Positions 1 to 10,776 of a DNA stretch of 64,000 nt are shown one piece after another (positions within the stretch are counted from its first letter, which is position 1; each line of letters begins with the position of its first letter). The DNA comes from a virus. The notes under the pieces are model-generated. The model ran no database searches. It saw nothing but the letters and a program-made list of their open reading frames with translations, and was not told where the DNA came from. The position numbers were made by a program, and so were the translations under genes. The stretch lies in the IMG/VR virus record IMGVR_UViG_3300036770_001342, positions 32,001-96,000 of that record; one strand, 5' to 3'.

Positions 1-932
1 CAAACTTGTTTATCCATCCAATCTAAAAATTTTTTAAAACTTTGTTTCTTATTGTTTTGATACAACGTTTTTCCCTTACCAAAATCATATTTTAACCAAC
101 CATTAGATTGTGTAACTTGTTCAGGATAAACGTCTGGATTAGTAAGGTATTTGGTATACTTTTTTTGTGAGATAGAACTGTCTTTCCAGTACTTTAAAAC
201 TTTGTTATTACAAATATATGTAATCTCATCAGTTTTGGTAAAATCATAATTTTCAACTTCTTTTCTAGCAGAAGTGTAAATGTTTAGATTACCGAAATCT
301 AACCAAGAATTAAGAAGTTGCACATTACTACCAACAGAAATCGTCTCTATAATTTCCGGCGTTTTACATGCCTGCAATCGTTCTATAAATTTAATATGGT
401 CTTTGATATACATAACTCCGGTAAATGCATAGTAATCACTACCGGTAGTTTCTTTAAATTGTATATCTAATATCTTGTTATTATCTAATTTAAAAGTTGT
501 GTAATGAAAATTTAAGTCTTGATCGACTTGTTTGACATAGTACGTGTCTGTACCAGATGGTTTTAACTTCTCTGTAAAATAAGAGTCGCAAGGAATATAA
601 TAAAATGATCCAGTAATTTTTTCTATGCACTGTTTAATAGTATATCCGGGCCCAGTAAAATTTTCAATATAATTGTCAATTTCGACAAACTCAATATTTC
701 GTTCAGGGTATGCTAGATTACAAAAATCTATAACTTGTTCTTTTTTATATCCGACCGGAATTATAAATTTAGTGTCATTAGAAAATTGATCTATAATATG
801 CGCAAGTACGGGTTTATTTTTAAACGGTACTAATCCTTTATTGATAAAGGCAGTAAGTTCTCCCATTCTAGAACCTAATCCAACAGTAGGTATTATTACT
901 AGATTATTTGTGTTCGCTTTCAATTTTACCAT
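1..932 (-). CDS. Sugar/choline-phosphate nucleotidyltransferase (NTP_transferase family), probably with a C-terminal kinase-like extension; truncated by the window edge
   Basis: Not in the ORF track because it has no stop in the window. Manual translation from ATG 932 (alternative TTG 923) gives ...NLVIIPTVGLGSRMGELTAFINKGLVPFKNKPVLAHII, the GxGxR...K.L.P NTP-transferase signature; WLDFGN occurs later. Confidence 0.75.
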   Translation of the reverse strand, partial: MVKLKANTNNLVIIPTVGLGSRMGELTAFINKGLVPFKNKPVLAHIIDQFSNDTKFIIPVGYKKEQVIDFCNLAYPERNIEFVEIDNYIENFTGPGYTIKQCIEKITGSFYYIPCDSYFTEKLKPSGTDTYYVKQVDQDLNFHYTTFKLDNNKILDIQFKETTGSDYYAFTGVMYIKDHIKFIERLQACKTPEIIETISVGSNVQLLNSWLDFGNLNIYTSARKEVENYDFTKTDEITYICNNKVLKYWKDSSISQKKYTKYLTNPDVYPEQVTQSNGWLKYDFGKGKTLYQNNKKQSFKKFLDWMDKQV

Positions 933-1344
933 GCGATCTGCCGATATCGTCTTGTAATCTTACTACATCATCTAGTTCAGTTGTGCTTGCTTCTATAAAT
1001 TCTAGGTCAGTAATCGCTTCAACTCTATGAACATATCCCGGAGAGATATTGCAACTGACGCCCTCATATAAATCTATAACATTCATGTTTTTTTGATATA
1101 GTTCAAGTTCGCTATCAGTCATTCCTTTTAATAAAAACGTGTCTATATCTAGCGGGGTTTGGCTAATGTATAGTTTACCCGTTCCGGATAATACATAATT
1201 AGTTTCAAATTTATTTTTATGTACTTGGAGACTAGTACGCTTGCCAGCCTTAAATAATATACGTTTTAACGCATAGGGTTCATTTTTACCTTCTGCGATC
1301 CATAATTCATGTCCCCAGTGTTTTGTTACTTTTTTAATAGGCAT
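904..1344 (-). CDS. Cupin protein, mannose-6-phosphate isomerase type II C-terminal-like
   Basis: KHWGHE, RTSLQVH..K.ET, PGYVHRVEA and DDVVRLQDD motifs typical of the MPI/GMP cupin. Confidence 0.75.
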   Translation of the reverse strand: MPIKKVTKHWGHELWIAEGKNEPYALKRILFKAGKRTSLQVHKNKFETNYVLSGTGKLYISQTPLDIDTFLLKGMTDSELELYQKNMNVIDLYEGVSCNISPGYVHRVEAITDLEFIEASTTELDDVVRLQDDIGRSHGKIESEHK

Positions 1345-2125
1345 TTATTTTCTCTATTAATAGATCAGCAGTAATTTTATGGGCTTCTTCATTAGCATGT
1401 AGACTTCCTATTGTATCAGGATACTTGTCTGCATATCTAAACCAATTGTGGTTTAAAAAGTTTTTTTCTGGAATTAACTTTCGCAGTTTTTCTTCGTCTG
1501 ACATGACTATTACTTTAATACCATTATTTATAAGCATACTGTATGCTGTGTATATTAAACTGATATCGTAATCTCTTTTCATAGGACTGACACTTACTGA
1601 TCCGTACATCATAACATCAATAAAATAGTCACGTATTAATTTTAATCTTTCTTTGCTTTCATTTTCAAATCTAGGATATTTATTAGGATGGTATTTGTCT
1701 AGATGTTCATGCAATGCTGGTATTTGTTCGGTAAAAAGAATAGGTTTATATTTAGGATTGTCTTTAAGATAAAAATCTAATGAATTTTCATGATATGGTT
1801 GTGGATAATTATGGGGAGGATAATCATGATAATTTAAATTAAGCATACTAAGATAATAAGGAACCTGCTTGTCATCTGCTTCGCTCGATAACCATTCCAT
1901 TCTGTCAAAACTTGTAACGCTGATTATTACAAATGATGGTTTGGTTGCTAATTCTAAAACATACTGTGCTTGTAGGTATATTGCATAATTACTTGCGCTG
2001 CCCCTAGCAAAAACGTTTAAATCCCAATCAAAGTGATTAGCAACTAGTTGACCATATCTGTCTCTTAGTATATTTCTAAGTCCTATGCCCACATTAAAAC
2101 TATCACCGCAGATTACTAAACTCAT
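1334..2125 (-). CDS. SGNH/GDSL-like hydrolase or acyltransferase
   Basis: N-terminal CGDSF, RGSASN, C-terminal SLHANEEAH. Confidence 0.6.
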   Translation of the reverse strand: MSLVICGDSFNVGIGLRNILRDRYGQLVANHFDWDLNVFARGSASNYAIYLQAQYVLELATKPSFVIISVTSFDRMEWLSSEADDKQVPYYLSMLNLNYHDYPPHNYPQPYHENSLDFYLKDNPKYKPILFTEQIPALHEHLDKYHPNKYPRFENESKERLKLIRDYFIDVMMYGSVSVSPMKRDYDISLIYTAYSMLINNGIKVIVMSDEEKLRKLIPEKNFLNHNWFRYADKYPDTIGSLHANEEAHKITADLLIEKINAY

Positions 2126-3006
2126 ATTATTTTATTCTCGTTTATATATCTATATAGTTCTTCTGCCCATGCTTTGTGAGATACATCTGACGGGTGCATT
2201 CCAAAATACTTCTGTTCTATATCAGTTTGATCTATAAAGTTTTTAAAAGTATTATGGTAAATATTTTTCTTATAAAATCTGACTGGATCAACTGTGTCCC
2301 ACAATTTATGGTAATGATTATAACTTTTGTGTTGTCTAGTTGTATCTAAATTTGAATAGTTGATTTTACCATAACTGTAACTAAAAAGATCAAGTTTACT
2401 TGCTATATCTCTTATATTTAAATTTTGCCATAGATGAAAAAAATGTGTATCTGTTTGATAAAAACTGTTAAATGCTAGCCATTTGATGTTATGAGCCTGA
2501 CAGAAATTTTGTAACAAAATATTGTTCATTATGTATCTTGGGATATATTCTTCTTCGTTCCACAAGTAACTAATATAATATTGCCAAAAATCTTTATTGT
2601 GGGGTACATTGAAGTGTGGAACGTGGGGCCAAATTCTAAATCTAAAACTCATTTGTTCATCTTTATACCAGAAAAAATTACGTTCAGGACTAGACCAACC
2701 TACAACAACCAATAAATCATTTGTAGATTTGTTTACACTGATATAGTTTTCTATTAGATAAAGTATTGTTCTGTTTAGTATTGAACCGTTATCATCAGCA
2801 GGTGTTGATAAATTTATTACTTCCTCTGCCTTAAATAATTCTCCTAAATGATAAGAATATGTTTTAGGTATTCTATATGCATCGTTATCTTCAAAGTAGT
2901 CATATTGAGTTACGTATTGATAGTCTTTTGAATATTTTGCTTCGTGTTCAGGACTTACTATTTCTGATCCAAAAGTCCAACTGTCACCATTTGTTACTAT
3001 TTTCAT
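2122..3006 (-). CDS. SGNH/GDSL-like hydrolase or acyltransferase
   Basis: NGDSW, DDNG, VGWS..ER, C-terminal MHPSDVSH. Probable start is ATG 3006 (ATGA overlap with the upstream stop) rather than 3033. Confidence 0.6.
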   Translation of the reverse strand: MKIVTNGDSWTFGSEIVSPEHEAKYSKDYQYVTQYDYFEDNDAYRIPKTYSYHLGELFKAEEVINLSTPADDNGSILNRTILYLIENYISVNKSTNDLLVVVGWSSPERNFFWYKDEQMSFRFRIWPHVPHFNVPHNKDFWQYYISYLWNEEEYIPRYIMNNILLQNFCQAHNIKWLAFNSFYQTDTHFFHLWQNLNIRDIASKLDLFSYSYGKINYSNLDTTRQHKSYNHYHKLWDTVDPVRFYKKNIYHNTFKNFIDQTDIEQKYFGMHPSDVSHKAWAEELYRYINENKII

Positions 3007-3770
3007 AAAAAACTCTCTAAGTAAGTAGCCCAAGCATCATGCCCTTCTTCAAAATAATGGGAGTTGGGACCTTTTTTGTAATTGTCTTTCAAAAATTCGT
3101 GCATACCTATAGGTATAAAATTTGTTCTATCAAGTAAATTTGAATATTTGGTAGGATTTTCTAAATTTAATTGCGCATCAATCATTTTGCCGTAAGTTAG
3201 AAAAAATTTGTATTTTACATTGAGATGCTTAAAAGTGTTTTGTAAGGTTAATATATTTCTGTATGATCTGTCCGCGTCTCCTATATCCGTAGAAAATCGT
3301 GTAAAGTAATATTCAACTTCATTATTTTCACCGGTAGGACAAAAATTTACATATCTATTATATTCATTTTTATAGAATTCATTACGATTTGGTGATGTTA
3401 TGCCAATTATAAATTGATATTTAAAAGGGTATCTACTAATTTGATCATAATTTTCATCAATAAATTCAAGCGTGGTTCTTGTAATTTTATCGTTACTGCC
3501 GCCGTTTGACCCTAAATTTAACACGGTCAAAGCATTTAATTTTTCACCTAATACTCCACCAAAAAAGTAACGCTTTCTATAATTTTCGCACACGATTCTA
3601 TCGTGGTCAGTTAACGTTATTTCTTTCGTCTGATATGGTTCCCCAAATAAAAACATCATAAAATTTTTATCTGTTAATAGCGACTTATATTGGTCGGGTA
3701 CCAATTCTTCGCCGTATACATTACTATCGCCGTTAAGAATTAAGTTGAAGCGCGGCGTTTGATTTTCCAT
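3003..3770 (-). CDS. SGNH/GDSL-like hydrolase or acyltransferase
   Basis: NGDSN, GGSNDKI.R, C-terminal SHYFEEGH..WA; paralog of its two neighbours. Confidence 0.6.
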   Translation of the reverse strand: MENQTPRFNLILNGDSNVYGEELVPDQYKSLLTDKNFMMFLFGEPYQTKEITLTDHDRIVCENYRKRYFFGGVLGEKLNALTVLNLGSNGGSNDKITRTTLEFIDENYDQISRYPFKYQFIIGITSPNRNEFYKNEYNRYVNFCPTGENNEVEYYFTRFSTDIGDADRSYRNILTLQNTFKHLNVKYKFFLTYGKMIDAQLNLENPTKYSNLLDRTNFIPIGMHEFLKDNYKKGPNSHYFEEGHDAWATYLESFL

Positions 3771-4486
3771 GGATAATCCTTATAAAATACAAATAGTCCT
3801 AAATCTGTTGCATATTTATGGAGTATTGAACCCGGACCTAATTTTCTGTGTGCTAGTTTATTAATACGATGCGCAGGTTCTTTGCAAAAATCTGTAGTAT
3901 TTTCTATATGTTTTCTGTATACGTTCGATAATAAATCCATCGAAAAACTATCGCCCCAATACATCACATCATTTAAATCATTGCCGTAATATTCTGTTAT
4001 CATTTTGTGCGGTTTTAATCCGGCTGTTATCGATAGAATAGGAGGCAATTCGTATTCAAAGTGCTGCATTTCCCAATATGCGTCAGGTCTAGTTTTTATA
4101 ACTAAATCATATTCAAAATTATTTTCTAATTCATAACTGCGTTTTAATTGCATACTTCTCATAAAACTGTATAAGGGACTTTCCCATGCTGAATATTTTA
4201 TGGTAATTGCCTTGTCTACTTCAAATTTTACAAAATTATAGGCATTTTTGTAATCTGTTATTTCTTGTTCGTCAATTATTACATCTACGCTATCTTTATA
4301 TTTGGGACCATTCCAAATAGTTTCATACTTTAAATCAATCCAAGTATTATAATTCCAAGTATGAGCAAACAAATCTATTTGGTGCGTAGTATTACCGATA
4401 TTATAAAATCTTATAATATCATCATATGTTTCTCGCCAGGTACGAATTTGACCGGAAAAGCAAATTGCAATTTTAAGAGGCTTCAT
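3740..4486 (-). CDS. Putative glycosyltransferase-like protein (KIAxCxSGQxR family)
   Basis: KIAICFSGQIR...FAHTW...YELENNFEYDLVIKTRPD. Probable start is ATG 4486; the ORF track extends it to 4522. Confidence 0.5.
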   Translation of the reverse strand: MKPLKIAICFSGQIRTWRETYDDIIRFYNIGNTTHQIDLFAHTWNYNTWIDLKYETIWNGPKYKDSVDVIIDEQEITDYKNAYNFVKFEVDKAITIKYSAWESPLYSFMRSMQLKRSYELENNFEYDLVIKTRPDAYWEMQHFEYELPPILSITAGLKPHKMITEYYGNDLNDVMYWGDSFSMDLLSNVYRKHIENTTDFCKEPAHRINKLAHRKLGPGSILHKYATDLGLFVFYKDYPWKIKRRAST

Positions 4487-5291
4487 AATCGTGTAGTCCA
4501 TACTTATTGATATAATTTTCATCTCTTATGACTAAGGGTATGATACCCCCGTCTAGTTGATGTATAGTTATATTAAGCATTTTCGTGTAGAAAAATAAGG
4601 CTCTTTCAGGAGATAGTTTTTCAAAAAACATTTGATCAACTAAAAATTTACTTCCCCTAAAAAAATCACTCATAATATCAAAAGTTAAAGAATTTGAATA
4701 CCAAAAAACATCCCCTACTTTAGTATATGGATATTCTATAACATTATTAGTAGTATATAATGTATTCGTATCAGGTAATGGTAATTTTGCTAATTTAGGT
4801 ATATGATGATTATCATATAGTTTTTTAAACGTCATATCTGATCTACCGTGAATACAAATATCATATTCAAAATTATTTTCTCGCTCATACTGCCTTTTTA
4901 ATTCTGCTACTTTCATCCAGCTGTAATATTGGTATGAGACTTCTTTAACAACCGGAGTAACTTCTTGATCATTATAGGGATTTGGTAATTGACTTTTAAT
5001 TTGCATGACCAAATCTTCAACATGTTGAGGGACATCAAATTCAGACTTGTCTATACAATATTTTTTTGGATAATATAATTCATTTATTTGATTAAATTCA
5101 TCGTCACTGACATATTCTTTTTGATTATCATGTAACTCAACGCTTTTTGGTACAGTTTTATAATTCCAAAAATGATAAAATACATCTTTAGAACAATTAT
5201 AATCCGTAAATAAGTTGTCCCACCATCGCTGACCCTTATCCCACATTCTAGGTTGTCCAGTTAAACAAACTGCTATTTTCAACTCTCTCAT
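4473..5291 (-). CDS. Putative glycosyltransferase-like protein, paralog of 3740-4486
   Basis: KIAVCLTGQPR...FYHFW...YERENNFEYDICIHGRSD. Confidence 0.5.
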   Translation of the reverse strand: MRELKIAVCLTGQPRMWDKGQRWWDNLFTDYNCSKDVFYHFWNYKTVPKSVELHDNQKEYVSDDEFNQINELYYPKKYCIDKSEFDVPQHVEDLVMQIKSQLPNPYNDQEVTPVVKEVSYQYYSWMKVAELKRQYERENNFEYDICIHGRSDMTFKKLYDNHHIPKLAKLPLPDTNTLYTTNNVIEYPYTKVGDVFWYSNSLTFDIMSDFFRGSKFLVDQMFFEKLSPERALFFYTKMLNITIHQLDGGIIPLVIRDENYINKYGLHDYEAS

Positions 5292-6475
5292 ACTAATCCA
5301 TTAAATTCAGGTAAAAAATTTACAATATTATGATTACGAACTTTATCCATCATACGTATAAAATCTAATGTTTGTTTATCGTTTGATGCGGTAGGTTCTC
5401 TGTTTAGTTCGTGTAAAAGTTTGATTTTATTATTTTTATTACTAAACGTATTATTATTTTTATAACTGGTTGAAAAGTCAGGTATTAGATTGATTTGTTC
5501 TTTTGCTAATTCTTTTAATTCATTTGGTAAATTACTTACGTGTAGAAAATTAGGACTGTGAACCATATTACATTCTATTTTTACATCATTAAAAAATTTA
5601 TAAAAATTGCCAACATTACATATATTGTAAACACTTACTGTTTGTGTGATGGATGTTTGAAATTGTTCATTTTTAATAATTTCCATATGTTTCATAACAG
5701 TGTCCCAATCGCTAGGATATCTGATATAATAGTTTCTTTGCTCTAAATCATCAATAGATAATTGCATTTTTACATGCTTAAACTCTTTTAATAACTCTAT
5801 GAATCGTTCCGGCATTAATGTTAGATTAATGTTGTATAATAATTCAATATTTTTTGCGCGTCCCATTTCAACTAATTTTTCTAAAAAGTAAAAATGTTCT
5901 TTGATTAATGTGGGTTCGCCGCCATTAATATAAATGAGTTCTAGTTGATCACTGTGTGTTAATAATTGATCATACCAATCTTTATTTCTATACCACTTAC
6001 TAGTAAATTCACTATAATTATAATGGTCGTTTTGTTGCAGTTCTGGTAATTTTTTTACATCTTCAATCCATTTGCTACTTGACATAGGATTACAAGTTAA
6101 ACACTTAATGTTACATACATTACCTAATCGTAATTCTACAAAGCGCAGAGGAAACTTTTCTTGTTTTAGGAACAAATTATTTACAAGAAATTTTTTATTT
6201 TCCTGCATTCTTTTACTTTCGATACCGTTTTCTTCATCTCTATAGCAACCCATGCATTCGACTGGTTTTTCACCATTTTTCATTTTACGTCTAATTTCAG
6301 TGAAACTATCACTATTCATAATTTCATCAATAGTATTGTCACTTAAATTTAATACGTCATTATTAGTTCTGGCAAAACAAACTCCATTTTCATAATTAGC
6401 AACGCAACAAGGACTTACTAACCCGTTAGGATGTGTCGCTAAGTGTGTCCAAGGTAATACGCATAGTGTTTTCAT
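5288..6475 (-). CDS. Radical SAM enzyme with N-terminal SPASM/Twitch-like domain
   Basis: CNIKCLTC (CX3CX2C) and NGGEPT; N-terminal CVLPW...PNG..SPCC...CMGC. Probable start is ATG 6475. Confidence 0.85.
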   Translation of the reverse strand: MKTLCVLPWTHLATHPNGLVSPCCVANYENGVCFARTNNDVLNLSDNTIDEIMNSDSFTEIRRKMKNGEKPVECMGCYRDEENGIESKRMQENKKFLVNNLFLKQEKFPLRFVELRLGNVCNIKCLTCNPMSSSKWIEDVKKLPELQQNDHYNYSEFTSKWYRNKDWYDQLLTHSDQLELIYINGGEPTLIKEHFYFLEKLVEMGRAKNIELLYNINLTLMPERFIELLKEFKHVKMQLSIDDLEQRNYYIRYPSDWDTVMKHMEIIKNEQFQTSITQTVSVYNICNVGNFYKFFNDVKIECNMVHSPNFLHVSNLPNELKELAKEQINLIPDFSTSYKNNNTFSNKNNKIKLLHELNREPTASNDKQTLDFIRMMDKVRNHNIVNFLPEFNGLV

Positions 6476-7809
6476 ATATTTTTCCACCAATTTAAAAGTT
6501 CTGCATGTTCAGCAAATATATCTTCTATTGTTAAGCGTCCGTTGACTCCGTCTCCCCTATACTTTGCTATACGTGATAAATTTTCTTTACCTCTTTTCCA
6601 TCCATCTTTATAATCAGGATATGTTTCCATAAAAGTGGGTTTAGTTTTTAAGTCTTTTAAGGCTTCGACATATATATTTGTTTTAGGGGTAACTCTAGGC
6701 TCAATATAAGATAATATATCGTCTATTATATTTTCAAGTAATGGTTTAGGTATGCTGACAGGCGACATGATTACGCTGCTGTCAAATGAAAAAGTTGTTT
6801 TGATATATGTGGTAACGTCTAATTCTTTTGCAATATCGAATAGATTTTTAATTGAAAATAAGCCCGGTAATGTAATAGTTAAATCTAATACCATACCATG
6901 ATTACCATATTGCTCATTTAAAAATAATCCCTGTTTGAAGTTACTGTACCATTCATCCCATTCTATACCTGTTCGAACATATTCTACGATCTTGCCCGTG
7001 CCGTCAATACTAGCACAAAGATTAACATTTTTAAAGTGAGGCAATAAGTCATATAACTTAATACCTTTGTGTTCAATTCTACTTAGATTAGTATTATAGC
7101 GTATAACAACATTTTTGCTTTGACCGGTCTCAACTAGATATTTCATTATGTCCCAGTGTATTTCCCACATTAGTGGTTCGCCACCTACCCAATAAATTTC
7201 TTCTATAATACCTTTTTTGACACTATCCCATAATTCAGTTTCGGCAACTTCTTTTTGAAATTTGTTAAATTTTAACTGATTTTCTTTTTTATAAAAGGGT
7301 TCTAGTTCTTCGTTAATGTTGCCCATTAAACGTCTTTCTGTAGCCCAACTTGAACTTAACAAGTCACCGCACATACGACATTTAAAATTACATAAATTAC
7401 TAATTCTATAATCATAACTGATAGGTTCTAGGGTAGTATGTCCAGTCTCGTCAGTATTTTCAAAAATTTCTTCAATCTTATGCGGGAAAAGTGTGTTTGT
7501 AAAATAACTTTTATAGGTGTACAAATTTAGTATGTTCTCGTTACATACTTGGCATTGTGGTAACATTTCACCCGCCATCATTTTCTTACGTATATCTTTC
7601 ATGTAATCACTGTTCCAGTGATCTTTTAATGTTACCGGGTTAAAGTAAGCGTTATCATCTGGATTGTCGCTGTCAATATATTGCTTTATATATGTGGCCT
7701 TTTCTCGGCTGGCACAGCATAAACGTCTTTCTCCTTGCGGAGAAAGATACGTATGCGTCCAAGGAGCAACGCAAAATGATTTATTGCCATCACTCGGCTT
7801 TATTTTCAT
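6472..7809 (-). CDS. Radical SAM enzyme with N-terminal SPASM/Twitch-like domain
   Basis: CNFKCRMC, VGGEPL, YNTN, SIDG; N-terminal CVAPW...LCC...CQVC. Confidence 0.85.
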   Translation of the reverse strand: MKIKPSDGNKSFCVAPWTHTYLSPQGERRLCCASREKATYIKQYIDSDNPDDNAYFNPVTLKDHWNSDYMKDIRKKMMAGEMLPQCQVCNENILNLYTYKSYFTNTLFPHKIEEIFENTDETGHTTLEPISYDYRISNLCNFKCRMCGDLLSSSWATERRLMGNINEELEPFYKKENQLKFNKFQKEVAETELWDSVKKGIIEEIYWVGGEPLMWEIHWDIMKYLVETGQSKNVVIRYNTNLSRIEHKGIKLYDLLPHFKNVNLCASIDGTGKIVEYVRTGIEWDEWYSNFKQGLFLNEQYGNHGMVLDLTITLPGLFSIKNLFDIAKELDVTTYIKTTFSFDSSVIMSPVSIPKPLLENIIDDILSYIEPRVTPKTNIYVEALKDLKTKPTFMETYPDYKDGWKRGKENLSRIAKYRGDGVNGRLTIEDIFAEHAELLNWWKNI

Positions 7810-9331
7810 TGTTTAATTCCTGCTCATATTCTTGGCTGCCAGGATTAGCACTTTTTGGTTTTAAGACCCAACCTTCTTTCTCTGCTCTTTCTTTTAATTC
7901 ACTCACATAAGGCATTTGCTTACTGCTATCTCCATCAACTAATATTTCAATCATATTAGTATTAGTTTCGGGGATACTATCATACCATTCTACTAGTGTA
8001 GGGAATGCCTTTTTAAAATCTTTACCTCGTCTCTTATCATACTGCTGATGGAAAGTTTTAAAATCTCTTACTCTACTTTCAATGCTTGAGACATGATTAT
8101 GTCCCTGTTCAACTTCACGCAAATAAGCAATCAATCTGATAATGCTATCTTTTTCTATTTCAGCCAACAATGTGTTATCTGAATTTACTTTTAACCATTC
8201 TTCCAATGCATTGGCTCTTTCTTGTCTGATTTCTTGCGGCAGCGTAGTAGGGCTTTGAAAACTTGGAAAACGTAGTATGTTAAAACTCATCATGCAATGA
8301 TGTTTACCAAATTTTGCTTTCAATTTCAACATTTCATCCATAAATTCACAAATTGAAAATAAGCACAATGCATTGATTGTCATCATAATATTTGATGTTC
8401 TTACATTTCCGAACTCAATTGTGTCATTAAGATTTTTTAACCAATCATCCCAAACTAGTCCGTCACGTATGTACTCTGCTTGTATACCAAAGGCTTCGCA
8501 ACTAGTATACAAATCAAAATGTTTAAATGAATGTGACGCTTGATATAATCTTTTAACTAAAGCATTGTTACCTAAATTTGAATTTACAGCAAATCGTACA
8601 TTACAATCAGGATGTTCTAGCCACCAATCTACTAGTTTCCAAAAACTAGGACTCATAGTTGCTTCACCGCCGGTTACTCGCAATTCTTTTAAACTATGCT
8701 GTAGATCGTTTTCCCACCACTTCCAAAACGCTACGATATACGGACTGTCTGTATTTTCAATACCATATGGCTGTGCCCATGAACCGTCTTGTTTAAATGC
8801 TGCGGCACCGTCGCTAACTAGATTTTGATAGGGGCCATCCATTTTAATATCGTTTTGCCATTTAGTACTAAAACTAGCATTGCAATAACTGCAGGCAAAA
8901 TTACACAATGCATCGAAAGCAATTTCTAAGGTTTGAAGGTCTACATCCTCAGTGCTTCCATACTGAGTAACTGCTTTCATTAAGTCATCTTCTTTATAGA
9001 TAACCGATTTGTAAATTCTATCACTAACCTTATCTTTACCTAATCCTTCAATCTTCCAGCAATAATCACATTCTTTAGGTTTTTCACCTACGAGCATTTG
9101 CTGTCTTACTAATTTTTTATAAGAGGTATTATGCAAAGCCTTATAACTTTTTTCAAGTTCGTCCAATGGGATCTTATGTGCCGGAGGGTGATGGCAACTG
9201 GCAGTAGTACCGTTACCTAACCACACTGTGGCATTATACCATTTAGCACCGCAAAAACTTTCACTCTTACTATTAAGTACGCGGTCTCTATATTCTACAT
9301 ACGATTCATCTGGTTTTTTAAATAATGCCAT
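7790..9331 (-). CDS. Radical SAM enzyme with N-terminal Cys/His auxiliary domain
   Basis: CNFACSYC and TGGEAT; N-terminal CGAKW...SCHHP...CDYCW. Confidence 0.85.
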   Translation of the reverse strand: MALFKKPDESYVEYRDRVLNSKSESFCGAKWYNATVWLGNGTTASCHHPPAHKIPLDELEKSYKALHNTSYKKLVRQQMLVGEKPKECDYCWKIEGLGKDKVSDRIYKSVIYKEDDLMKAVTQYGSTEDVDLQTLEIAFDALCNFACSYCNASFSTKWQNDIKMDGPYQNLVSDGAAAFKQDGSWAQPYGIENTDSPYIVAFWKWWENDLQHSLKELRVTGGEATMSPSFWKLVDWWLEHPDCNVRFAVNSNLGNNALVKRLYQASHSFKHFDLYTSCEAFGIQAEYIRDGLVWDDWLKNLNDTIEFGNVRTSNIMMTINALCLFSICEFMDEMLKLKAKFGKHHCMMSFNILRFPSFQSPTTLPQEIRQERANALEEWLKVNSDNTLLAEIEKDSIIRLIAYLREVEQGHNHVSSIESRVRDFKTFHQQYDKRRGKDFKKAFPTLVEWYDSIPETNTNMIEILVDGDSSKQMPYVSELKERAEKEGWVLKPKSANPGSQEYEQELNNENKAE

Positions 9332-9333
9332 AA

Positions 9334-10776
9334 TTATTTACCTGCTTCTTTTTTACATTCACTAAAGAATGTTTCATATTCGGGGAATGTTTCAACAAAA
9401 TTAGTATTCTTTCTACGATCATATTCTACAATGTACTCATAAAATTGTGATCGTAACAATTTACGTTTTTCTGGATTATGTTCAAGAGCATTCATTTCAT
9501 CTCTGACTACATAATACAATCTTTCAATTCGATTAATTTCATAATCATAAAAACCATTGCCGCACATAGGAGGCCAAAACAATACGTGAGGATTCTTATA
9601 TGCATGGCTTACACAATCTTCTAACACAGATAGAAATTCTTTTGGTAGTATCCATGCTGCCAAGAATTCTGGCCAACGAATATATGCTACGTCAAGTGAT
9701 ACTGGATGTTTGCGTACTGGTTGAACAGTGTATTTTAGTTTCATATCAATGACATCATTCATCATTTGTTTAAAACTAGTCAAACCCAAGGCATTAAACG
9801 CTGACATAATAGTTAAATGACTGTCGGGTATTTCTGCTAATACTCTATGGCAATTCTTTAACCAATAATCGTAATTTAAACCATAACGTATATACTCTGC
9901 TTTTTTACCATGACCTTCATTGCTGGTATACAACTTGAACATTTTGACACATTTTCTTTCTTGTATGATTTTCATCTTTTTCAAGAAACGTTCCATCAAC
10001 TCTTCCGGAACACCTAAATTACTATTGATGTTGAACTCTAATTGTGGTTGCGGGTTTTCAATTAGATAGTCAAGTACGCGATAAACTTGCTTGCTCATTA
10101 ATGGCTCACCGCCAGTAATTCTAAAAACTGACAGGTGTTTTACCGCATTTGGCCACCATTCCCAAAATGCATTAATATAGGGATTATCTTCGTGTACGGG
10201 TATAGGAAATTGTCCTACTTGTTTCAAGTAATCTAAACTATGCAGTGTGATGTTAGGTAGCACATAGGGGCCATGTTCTTGAATTTCTTGCTTCCATGTA
10301 GTGCTGAAAGCAGGACTACAGTACATACATTTGAAATTACACAATGTATCAAAACTAACTTCTAAGTAACTGGGATAAACATTTGCATCCCATGGCATAT
10401 TGGCTACGCGCTCAAGATGAGGTCTTGCCCAATTATCTGCACTTTTTGTAATTCTGTCACTATAAACTGTGTTATCACCTTTAGCATCTTCTGTGCGCCA
10501 GCAGTAATCACACTCTTTAGGGCGCTTGCCCTCTAACATCATTTTTCTTTGTTCTTTTTTGAATTTGGTGTTATGTAGCGCGTGAGGCGATATTGCTAGT
10601 TCTTCCAAGGGAATTTTATGCGGACTTGGATGGTGACAACTATGAGTTAATCCTGCACCCAAATGTAATGATACTTGATTCCATTTTGCCACACAAAAAC
10701 TAGGACTGACTTTATCTAATGCTTCCTTAGTTTCTTTAAATTGGTCGGATTTTTCGTACTGAGTACTTGTTGACAT
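9334..10776 (-). CDS. Radical SAM enzyme with N-terminal Cys/His auxiliary domain
   Basis: CNFKCMYC and TGGEPL; N-terminal CVAKW...SCHHP...CDYCW; close paralog of 7790-9331. Confidence 0.85.
   Translation of the reverse strand: MSTSTQYEKSDQFKETKEALDKVSPSFCVAKWNQVSLHLGAGLTHSCHHPSPHKIPLEELAISPHALHNTKFKKEQRKMMLEGKRPKECDYCWRTEDAKGDNTVYSDRITKSADNWARPHLERVANMPWDANVYPSYLEVSFDTLCNFKCMYCSPAFSTTWKQEIQEHGPYVLPNITLHSLDYLKQVGQFPIPVHEDNPYINAFWEWWPNAVKHLSVFRITGGEPLMSKQVYRVLDYLIENPQPQLEFNINSNLGVPEELMERFLKKMKIIQERKCVKMFKLYTSNEGHGKKAEYIRYGLNYDYWLKNCHRVLAEIPDSHLTIMSAFNALGLTSFKQMMNDVIDMKLKYTVQPVRKHPVSLDVAYIRWPEFLAAWILPKEFLSVLEDCVSHAYKNPHVLFWPPMCGNGFYDYEINRIERLYYVVRDEMNALEHNPEKRKLLRSQFYEYIVEYDRRKNTNFVETFPEYETFFSECKKEAGK

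Noticed and set aside
5288-10776. RiPP maturation cluster or QueE-type 7-deazaguanine DNA modification
   Set aside because: No precursor peptide, RRE, protease or transporter, and no folE/queC/queD/dpdA genes in the window; the neighbours are sugar-active enzymes.
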